DNA from: an uncultured virus (IMG/VR IMGVR_UViG_3300030390_001073) | Lineage: Duplodnaviria > Heunggongvirae > Uroviricota > Caudoviricetes | Direction: 5' to 3' (one strand) | Length of the DNA: 20,000 nucleotides | Virus record (IMG/VR): IMGVR_UViG_3300030390_001073 | Part shown: positions 1-5,887 of the stretch, one piece after another | Layout: every line of letters begins with the position of its first letter | How positions within the stretch are numbered: the first letter of the stretch is position 1 | Translations under genes and position numbers: made by a program | Notes under the pieces: generated by a model | Database searches by the model: none | Seen by the model: only the letters and a program-made list of their open reading frames with translations | What the model was told of the DNA's origin: nothing

Positions 1-1
1 A

Positions 2-199
2 GATGAGGATGAGATGGTTGAGATAGCTACAAACCTCGACATGTTTGTAGAACTACAGACTGAAAACGGATTAGATGTAGATGAGGTAAAAGAGTATTAC
101 CTGAATTCAGGATTTCCTCAATACGATGCAGAACCATACAAATCGTATACGGATGAAGATTGGATTGACCACGCAAATGAAAACGAATTAGAAAGATAG
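2..199 (+). CDS. Acidic hypothetical phage protein, probably 5'-truncated by the window edge
   Basis: The frame is open from position 2 (DEDEMVEIAT...) to TAG at 197-199. Very acidic, no recognisable motif. Confidence 0.7.
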   Translation, partial: DEDEMVEIATNLDMFVELQTENGLDVDEVKEYYLNSGFPQYDAEPYKSYTDEDWIDHANENELER

Positions 200-212
200 C
201 CAACAGGAGTGA

Positions 213-244
213 TTTGGTAGTTTCGTTTATTTTTCGTACATTTG
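213..244 (+). promoter_or_regulatory. Bacteroidota-type sigma70 promoter (-33 TTTG / -7 TAnnTTTG)
   Basis: TTTG at 213-216, 20-nt spacer, TACATTTG at 237-244, in an intergenic gap. Matches the established Bacteroidota consensus. Confidence 0.8.
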
Positions 245-247
245 TAC

Positions 248-274
248 TATCCTGAGCAAGATATTAAACTGCTC
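248..274 (+). ncRNA. Compact H-type RNA pseudoknot at the predicted transcript 5' end
   Basis: Stem 1 TATC(248-251)/GATA(260-263). Loop bases GAGCA(254-258) pair with TGCTC(270-274). A-rich linker TTAAAC(264-269). Confidence 0.6.
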
Positions 275-323
275 CTGTATCGAGATGAGTGTCTCGGCTG
301 ATGATTCCAAAAGGATGAAACAG
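275..323 (+). ncRNA. Type III hammerhead ribozyme, predicted cleavage 3' of GUA (after nt 279)
   Basis: Stem III CTGT(275-278)/ACAG(320-323); H17=A279; stem I TCGAGAT(280-286)/GTCTCGG(291-297); core CTGATGA(298-304); stem II T-TCC-AAAA-GGA-T(305-316) with a non-canonical U.U at 10.1/11.1; core GAAA(317-320). Confidence 0.85.
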
Positions 324-344
324 AAACTTTAATTTAATAACATT

Positions 345-590
345 ATGAGAAAATTAAGAAAATTACACATTTACTTTATGAATGCAATTACGTTTGCAGT
401 AGCATTAGGAGTAATAGGTATGGTAGGCAACTTGCTTGTACACCTAGTTAACAATGACATCACAGGTGTTGGGGATTTCCTAGCATGGATGGTGGCAGTA
501 GGAATTTACTTAGCAGTAAGTTATTTAATATTTGGTCTTATCATTTTATCACACAAAGATGACATGAGAGACTTTAACTTAAACAACTAA
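345..590 (+). CDS. Small membrane protein with two predicted TM helices
   Basis: Basic N-terminus followed by two long hydrophobic stretches. Leader AATAACATT-ATG. Confidence 0.8.
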   Translation: MRKLRKLHIYFMNAITFAVALGVIGMVGNLLVHLVNNDITGVGDFLAWMVAVGIYLAVSYLIFGLIILSHKDDMRDFNLNN

Positions 591-594
591 AACT

Positions 595-750
595 ATGGTA
601 ACTGAACTAACAGAGATTACAAAGTATATAAGAATATACAATAATCCATCAAACGAAAAAGCGTATAACGAAGCATGTGAATACCTACTACAGGTTCACA
701 GAAAGTGGGGTACATGCGATGTTTCACTAATTAAAAATCTATTAAAATAA
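595..750 (+). CDS. Hypothetical protein, 51 aa (missing from the ORF track)
   Basis: Translated by hand: MVTELTEITKYIRIYNNPSNEKAYNEACEYLLQVHRKWGTCDVSLIKNLLK*. Fills the gap between neighbours; leader AAAACT-ATG. Confidence 0.75.
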   Translation: MVTELTEITKYIRIYNNPSNEKAYNEACEYLLQVHRKWGTCDVSLIKNLLK

Positions 751-756
751 AACATT

Positions 757-1134
757 ATGAAAAACTTATTAAAACAATTAAAAACTAGAGTAAAGATTGA
801 ACATCATAAATCTCAAGTTCAATTATTAGAATCCATTTGGCTAGATGAACTAGCCAATCATCATCGAGAGAAGACACATTGGAACAGAGAAGACACAGAA
901 GAGTCTTGGGATAATGTTGAAGAACTTTACAAAGAGATGAGGATGTATAAAATAGAACATCGAGAAATCCTTAAGCTAGATAATGATACTCGACTAGCTC
1001 ATAGCATTGTTAATGACCTTGTAATGACATCTAATTGGCATACAAACTTCATTGACTACGTTCAGGGAGATAATAGTAATTTGTATAACACAGCATGTGA
1101 ATTCGCTGATAAAATCGAAAGCTATGAAAGTTAA
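757..1134 (+). CDS. Hypothetical phage protein
   Basis: 125-aa ORF with leader AAAACATT-ATG, tightly packed with neighbours. Confidence 0.8.
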   Translation: MKNLLKQLKTRVKIEHHKSQVQLLESIWLDELANHHREKTHWNREDTEESWDNVEELYKEMRMYKIEHREILKLDNDTRLAHSIVNDLVMTSNWHTNFIDYVQGDNSNLYNTACEFADKIESYES

Positions 1135-1399
1135 AATACAACAACGAAGTGTCTATCACAAATTTGCTGAGATAGAAATAGAAATACCTGATGTTGTTGC
1201 ACCAAGTGATGAGTGTGACATTCAAGATTATCTCTACGACAACGAACATTTATGGGTAGATAAAATTGACCATAAAATTAATGAATCTGAGTTTGTTTTT
1301 GGAACAGGCTTGTACGACATTGAAGGAATGGATGATGCAGAGTCTGATTCTGAATGGAGATATGATTGTCCACAATTAAAGATAGGTGGACATTTATAA
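1124..1399 (+). CDS. Acidic hypothetical phage protein (start revised to 1124)
   Basis: MKVKIQQRSVYHKF...KIGGHL. ATG 1124 gives a short overlap with the upstream gene instead of 83 nt. Confidence 0.75.
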   Translation: MKVKIQQRSVYHKFAEIEIEIPDVVAPSDECDIQDYLYDNEHLWVDKIDHKINESEFVFGTGLYDIEGMDDAESDSEWRYDCPQLKIGGHL

Positions 1400-1400
1400 C

Positions 1401-1444
1401 GGATAGCATGGTGCAAGGGGGGTTCGATTCCCTCCTATCCACAA
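1401..1444 (+). ncRNA. Miniature tRNA-like structure (acceptor-like stem plus T-arm, no anticodon arm)
   Basis: GGATAG(1401-1406)/CTATCC(1435-1440) followed by ACAA; T-arm GGGGG-TTCGATT-CCCTC(1418-1434); small GCA-TGG-TGC hairpin between them. GC-rich island in an intergenic gap. Confidence 0.6.
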
Positions 1445-1476
1445 TAGCAATATTGCTAGAGTTTAAATTAAATATT

Positions 1477-1737
1477 ATGAATAAATATGAAATAGAATAT
1501 TGGTACTTAAACTTTGTCGGAGAAGATGACATGGGTTATGATACCGAAACAATAGAGCTTGAAGCCAATACTGATGCTGAAGCAATAGCTAAAGCTAGTA
1601 GAATGACTAGAGGTAAAAACTATAAAATAATAAATAAATACAATAAGAGAACGGAATCTAAATACAAGATGATGTTATGGTCAATGATAGGATTGATAGT
1701 CTCTATGTTATTTATAGTAATACATTCTTGCTCATGA
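1477..1737 (+). CDS. Hypothetical protein with a C-terminal TM anchor (start revised to 1477)
   Basis: MNKYEIEYWY...; leader TAAATATT-ATG is identical to those at 1981 and 3999; hydrophobic C-terminus MMLWSMIGLIVSMLFIVI. Confidence 0.75.
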   Translation: MNKYEIEYWYLNFVGEDDMGYDTETIELEANTDAEAIAKASRMTRGKNYKIINKYNKRTESKYKMMLWSMIGLIVSMLFIVIHSCS

Positions 1738-1919
1738 CTCTCTCAGAATACCTAATTCAATCGATGAAAGAAGTCAGAGATATGAATGAAAAACAGAAAC
1801 AAAATATTATTGAGATGAATGATTTTTTCAGGGTCAGCGACAAAACCGAAATAGATTCGAAACTAACTGAATTGATTCCTGAATATCGTAAACCGAAAAA
1901 ATATAATTCCAAGCATTAG
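1734..1919 (+). CDS. Hypothetical protein (start revised to 1734)
   Basis: ATGA start/stop overlap with the upstream gene; MTLSEYLIQSMKEV... Confidence 0.7.
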   Translation: MTLSEYLIQSMKEVRDMNEKQKQNIIEMNDFFRVSDKTEIDSKLTELIPEYRKPKKYNSKH

Positions 1920-1947
1920 GAATTGTAATTTTATTATACTATATTTG
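1916..1947 (+). promoter_or_regulatory. Bacteroidota-type promoter
   Basis: TTAG(1916-1919), 20-nt spacer, TATATTTG(1940-1947), followed by TACTA as at the 237-244 promoter. Confidence 0.7.
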
Positions 1948-1980
1948 TACTAATTATAAATCAAATCAAATTTAAATATT

Positions 1981-2241
1981 ATGAAAAATCCTTATTTTGA
2001 TATCTTTGCACCAAGTGGAATAGATGTCGTATTCAATTCAAACAATTCAATCACAATTAAAAAGAAAGGTGCAACGCATATCCTGTGTGAAATCTCAACG
2101 ACAGAACATTTTGAGAGAGCAATGCAGAAAGACCATGACAACACACCAAACATCGACTTACATGAAGTAACTTTAGTAAACGAAGAGCCTGCAAAACTAG
2201 GCATTCCTGAAGTTTACGCATACGATGATTTACCATTTTAA
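1981..2241 (+). CDS. Small protein ending in an SSB-like acidic tail (YDDLPF)
   Basis: 86 aa; C-terminal DDLPF; flanked by its own promoter and terminator. Confidence 0.75.
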   Translation: MKNPYFDIFAPSGIDVVFNSNNSITIKKKGATHILCEISTTEHFERAMQKDHDNTPNIDLHEVTLVNEEPAKLGIPEVYAYDDLPF

Positions 2242-2260
2242 TTAACTGAATTCTAACTTA

Positions 2261-2287
2261 GAGGAGACTTATGTCTCCTTTTTTTTT
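2261..2287 (+). terminator. Rho-independent terminator
   Basis: AGGAGAC-TTAT-GTCTCCT hairpin followed by a T-run. Confidence 0.85.
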
Positions 2288-2296
2288 ACATAAATT

Positions 2297-2479
2297 ATGG
2301 ATAATAAAATTTTTACAATGTACTTAAATCAAGTAAAAGAAAATAAATTGTTGCGTAAGTATGTGCAACAACAAAAATTAAAAAAGTATCAAAAGCCTGT
2401 TTTTAACAATTGGGATCAAATCGACAAAAAACTAATCGATGGTCAATGGTGGGTTAAATCTAAAGATGCATTAAAATAA
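2297..2479 (+). CDS. Basic hypothetical protein
   Basis: 60-aa ORF with leader TAAATT-ATG. Confidence 0.7.
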   Translation: MDNKIFTMYLNQVKENKLLRKYVQQQKLKKYQKPVFNNWDQIDKKLIDGQWWVKSKDALK

Positions 2480-2486
2480 ATAAACT

Positions 2487-2891
2487 ATGAATATATTAAA
2501 TCAAGATGTGCTTAACGAGAAGCTACAAAAGAAACCTAACAAGTCTTACATACAGAAGGTGCAACAATTCAATTGTGCAAAGAAGCCAATGTCATTTCTT
2601 AAGTTTAAAGAGACAGGCAGAAAGATGAAACCATCTGCTTATCTTAAAAACTATTACAAGTCTGACATATCAATTACTGACATGGGATTGGTAATTGAAA
2701 AAGATGCGTCAGCTATATATAGATATGTAGGAGGTTTTGTTATTCAAGAACTAGGAAAGAATTTTTACATGAGATATTACAACAACTTTAATTCTTATAA
2801 AACTAAAAGTGAAGCAGAAAAATTTCTGTATGAATTTGCTTCTGAATTACTTGTATTTTCATATGCTAAAGACCCAACTAATCAACAATAG
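2487..2891 (+). CDS. Hypothetical phage protein
   Basis: 134-aa ORF with leader TAAACT-ATG, tightly packed. Confidence 0.75.
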   Translation: MNILNQDVLNEKLQKKPNKSYIQKVQQFNCAKKPMSFLKFKETGRKMKPSAYLKNYYKSDISITDMGLVIEKDASAIYRYVGGFVIQELGKNFYMRYYNNFNSYKTKSEAEKFLYEFASELLVFSYAKDPTNQQ

Positions 2892-2893
2892 AT

Positions 2894-3175
2894 ATGAAAC
2901 ATAAGAATCCAAACGAAGAAAAAATAAAAGAAGTATCAGCAAAAGTATATCATATGCTATTAGAAAAAAATAGTGCTTATGGTAACTCAGCATTAACGCC
3001 TGTCAACATATTTGCAAAGGGAAATGCTGTAGAAGGAATATCAGCTAGAATAGATGACAAGCTATCTAGAATAAAGAACAGAGGATTGTCTGATGCTACA
3101 GAAGACACCTTGTTTGACTTATGTGGATATTTAATTTTATTAATTATTGCCCAAGAAAATTTGCACAAGAAATAA
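2894..3175 (+). CDS. Nucleotide modification associated domain 1 (Nmad1/DUF1599-like) all-alpha protein
   Basis: Characteristic pattern LLEKNSAYGNS...RIDDKLSRIKN...EDTLFDLCGYLIL. Confidence 0.75.
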   Translation: MKHKNPNEEKIKEVSAKVYHMLLEKNSAYGNSALTPVNIFAKGNAVEGISARIDDKLSRIKNRGLSDATEDTLFDLCGYLILLIIAQENLHKK

Positions 3176-3191
3176 ACAATTATTATATTTG
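3160..3191 (+). promoter_or_regulatory. Bacteroidota-type promoter for the replication/recombination operon
   Basis: TTTG(3160-3163), 20-nt spacer, TATATTTG(3184-3191). Confidence 0.75.
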
Positions 3192-3207
3192 CAATTCATA
3201 ATGTTGG

Positions 3208-3275
3208 TTAGTAAGAGGGGTTACATTAAGGAATGTTTATTTAAGAATTTTTCATCCTTAGTAACCCCTCACTAA
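3208..3275 (+). other. Long imperfect 5'-UTR hairpin
   Basis: TTAGT/ACTAA, GAGGGGTTAC(3215-3224)/GTAACCCCTC(3261-3270), TAAGG/CCTTA and ATG/CAT: about 23 bp with small bulges. Confidence 0.7.
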
Positions 3276-3295
3276 TTTTAATCCAATCAAATTCA

Positions 3296-3604
3296 ATGAA
3301 TTATAAAAAAGATGTATTTAATCAGTACGCACAAAGTGTAGCTAAGGCACACGATATTTCTACAAAACAATTATTTACAAAAGATAAATCTAAACCTGTA
3401 GTGGATGCTAGGCATATGCTATATTACTTATGTAGTAAAAGACCAATGCGTATAGCATACATAGAAACATACATGAAAGATAGTGGGTATCAAATTACTC
3501 ACTCATCTATTATACATGGATTAAAATCCGTTGACCAAAATAAAATAAAGGATAAAGATTTTATGGCTGTTTGTAATAAAATAGAAGAATGTGTTACTCT
3601 CTAG
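3296..3604 (+). CDS. Stand-alone DnaA domain IV (Bac_DnaA_C-like) HTH protein
   Basis: VAKAHDISTKQLFTKDKSKPVVDARHMLYYLC...THSSIIHG resembles the DnaA C-terminal pattern V...F.I...L.S..R...V.ARQ.AMYL...DHTTVIHA. Confidence 0.7.
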   Translation: MNYKKDVFNQYAQSVAKAHDISTKQLFTKDKSKPVVDARHMLYYLCSKRPMRIAYIETYMKDSGYQITHSSIIHGLKSVDQNKIKDKDFMAVCNKIEECVTL

Positions 3605-3993
3605 AACAAATATTCCAACAAGCCAAAGATGACCATTACACAGCTTCGTTAGATGGCGATGGAAGAGAAGCAAGAATATTGTATGGAATCAGAATTGAAA
3701 AAATAAATCTGTCAGGAAAGATATCTATTCACAATACAACTAAAGGAGGAGATTATTATACTCTAGCTGAGACAGATGCAGTAGAAATTTTTACAGAAAA
3801 AGGGTGGAGGTATGGAGTTTTTTCATTAGCTTTGTCTAATTATCGTTCAAAACTAGATATAATAGAACGTAAGATACGAGAGGAAGTGAATACTCGTAAG
3901 AACGCAAAACATATTCAAAGTTTAAAATCAAACAGACAACGAATATTAAATCGTTTTTCAAAAGTTTCACATAAATTTAATTCAATCAAATAA
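3589..3993 (+). CDS. Hypothetical protein with a C-terminal coiled coil
   Basis: 134-aa ORF overlapping the upstream stop; helical, basic C-terminus. Confidence 0.75.
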   Translation: MCYSLEQIFQQAKDDHYTASLDGDGREARILYGIRIEKINLSGKISIHNTTKGGDYYTLAETDAVEIFTEKGWRYGVFSLALSNYRSKLDIIERKIREEVNTRKNAKHIQSLKSNRQRILNRFSKVSHKFNSIK

Positions 3994-3998
3994 ATATT

Positions 3999-4538
3999 AT
4001 GAAATTAAAAACAATTAAAATTCAAGGTAAAGATTACGTTGAAGTACACGAAAGACTAAAGTATTTTAGAAACACCTACAAAGACTTTTCATTAGTCACA
4101 GAGGTTGTAGAGAAAACAGAAACAAGTATATTACTTAAAGCTATCATTACAAATGAAGTAGGTAAAGTAATAGCTACAGGTCTAGCTGAAGAAATTAAAG
4201 GTGTAGGTTTTATTAATAAAACATCTCACATTGAAAATTGTGAAACATCTGCATGGGGTAGAGCGTTAGCTAACTTTGGAATTGGTATTGATTCAGGAAT
4301 TGCATCTGTACAGGAAGTTAGAAATGCGAAAGACAAGCAACAAGATTTAAATACAAAACCTGTTCCTAAACCTAAACCTAAATCTAAAGAAAAAAGAGAT
4401 ATAGATATTCCAATGTTTTTAAAATGGATTGCTTCATTAAGTGTTGAGGATAAGAACATGGATTTTATTCTTAAATATTTAGATGAAAATCACTACAACT
4501 ATACTAAGAAACAAGTAACCTCTTTAATAAAAAGCTAA
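3999..4538 (+). CDS. Single-strand annealing protein, Rad52/Sak-like
   Basis: IQGKDYVEVHERL...ATGLAEE...IENCETSAWGRAL..FGIG pattern, a PKPKPK linker, and position directly upstream of an exonuclease and an SSB-like gene. Confidence 0.65.
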   Translation: MKLKTIKIQGKDYVEVHERLKYFRNTYKDFSLVTEVVEKTETSILLKAIITNEVGKVIATGLAEEIKGVGFINKTSHIENCETSAWGRALANFGIGIDSGIASVQEVRNAKDKQQDLNTKPVPKPKPKSKEKRDIDIPMFLKWIASLSVEDKNMDFILKYLDENHYNYTKKQVTSLIKS

Positions 4539-5260
4539 TGGATATTCTAGAACAACTTAAAGATGACAATGAATATTACAATGGTGTAGGTAAAAAGTAT
4601 TTATCTAATTCAAACATTGGTCAACTATTAAAACATCCTGCTCTCTTTCAAAAAAATGAAGGAGATAATAAAAACTTTCTAGCAGGTAGATACTTTCATC
4701 AACTAATATTAGAACCTCAAAAGGCAAAAGAGTTTCCAATCATTGATGTATCATCAAGAACAACTAAAGCGTACAAGGAAGCAAGTGCTGATGGTAATAT
4801 GTTATTGTTACAGCGAGAAGCTGAAGAAATAAAATCATGGGTCAATACAATAGATTCAAACAAACACTTTGCATCTTTAATATATGACCCTGCCAACGAG
4901 TATGAGATTCCTGCTGTAGCTGAGTTACATGGCAATCTTTGGAAAGGAAAAGCTGATATAATTACTAAAGACTATGTTATAGATTTAAAAACATCAAGCG
5001 ATAGTTTTAAATTTAAACGTAATAGTTTTTATTATAACTATGATAGCCAAGCATATATATATCAACAGCTGTTTGGCAAACCTGTAAAGTTTTTAGTAAT
5101 TGACAAAAATCATAAAGTTTTATCTTGGTGGGATGTTAGTGCTGAAGCATTAGTAAACGGAGAAGAGAAAGTAAAAAGAGCAACTGAAATTTATAACAAA
5201 TATTATTCTGATGACGCAACTGAAAAAATTAATGAGTTTTTTGTGGAAGATTGTATCTAA
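4538..5260 (+). CDS. RecE-like (DUF3799, PD-(D/E)XK) exonuclease
   Basis: LSNSNI, GRYFHQLILEP, WKGKADII, VIDLKT and YDSQAYIY motifs. Confidence 0.8.
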   Translation: MDILEQLKDDNEYYNGVGKKYLSNSNIGQLLKHPALFQKNEGDNKNFLAGRYFHQLILEPQKAKEFPIIDVSSRTTKAYKEASADGNMLLLQREAEEIKSWVNTIDSNKHFASLIYDPANEYEIPAVAELHGNLWKGKADIITKDYVIDLKTSSDSFKFKRNSFYYNYDSQAYIYQQLFGKPVKFLVIDKNHKVLSWWDVSAEALVNGEEKVKRATEIYNKYYSDDATEKINEFFVEDCI

Positions 5261-5402
5261 ACATATTCCTAAAAAGACTCCAAAAAATACTATGATGTGG
5301 ATAGAAGTTCCAATATTCGCAAGTAGTTTAGATGATAAAACAAATTTTATTGTCGCAACAATCAATCATTTGGAACACAAAATAAAAATTAAAAAATTAT
5401 GA
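5232..5402 (+). CDS. Small hypothetical protein
   Basis: Fills the gap between the exonuclease and SSB-like genes; ATGA overlap at 5399-5402. Start uncertain (5211 or 5232). Confidence 0.55.
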   Translation: MSFLWKIVSKHIPKKTPKNTMMWIEVPIFASSLDDKTNFIVATINHLEHKIKIKKL

Positions 5403-5665
5403 ACAAAGAAAAGTATGTACACAAGGCAGGTTCAGGAAGTCTGTTTAAGAATCAGTATAAAGATTCTGATGCAAAACCTGACATGGTAGGTTCTGCTACA
5501 ACATTGAATGGAGATGTTGTAGAATTAGCAGGATGGACATCAACAACACAAGCAGGAGAAAAATATGTTAGCATAAAGATGTCTCCTCCATATGTAAAAG
5601 ATGAAGGAAATGCTCCACAACAAAGTAAACAAGAATCTAAAGTAGAGACTGATTTACCATTTTAA
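5399..5665 (+). CDS. Phage ssDNA-binding protein (DUF736-like OB fold) with acidic tail
   Basis: GSLFKN..K...KPD..G...LAGW......G.KYVSI pattern; C-terminal ETDLPF; follows the SSAP and exonuclease genes. Confidence 0.7.
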   Translation: MNKEKYVHKAGSGSLFKNQYKDSDAKPDMVGSATTLNGDVVELAGWTSTTQAGEKYVSIKMSPPYVKDEGNAPQQSKQESKVETDLPF

Positions 5666-5687
5666 ATAATGCTTAGGGAGTTAAATT

Positions 5688-5712
5688 AGGGGGGAGAAAT
5701 CCTCCTTTTTTT
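5688..5712 (+). terminator. Rho-independent terminator
   Basis: AGGGGGGA-GAAA-TCCTCCTT hairpin followed by a T-run. Confidence 0.8.
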
Positions 5713-5887
5713 AGCTTTTTTTTGTGTTGAAATGCTAATTTAATCCTCTTCTATAGAGCTATATAGACTTTTTAATATTATATTTATTTTCTCTGACTCC
5801 TAAAAACTAATATATACTACATTTTCGACACTTATACTGATAATCAACGACTTATCAAAATTTAATCAACATAAAATCAACATTAAA

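Noticed and set aside
733..774. KNLLK repeated at the end of ORF 595-750 and the start of ORF 757-1134
   Set aside because: Short, low-complexity and imperfect at the DNA level; probably chance.
1401..1444. Bona fide tRNA gene
   Set aside because: Only about 44 nt, no anticodon arm, no full D-arm, and no encoded CCA.
1052..1733. Longest-ORF starts at 1052, 1366 and 1677
   Set aside because: They create long overlaps or run through the tRNA-like element; ATGs at 1124, 1477 and 1734 fit the leader pattern and translational coupling better.
1902..1927. TATAATTCC/GGAATTGTA inverted repeat as a terminator
   Set aside because: AT-rich weak stem overlapping a stop codon and the -33 element; insufficient support.
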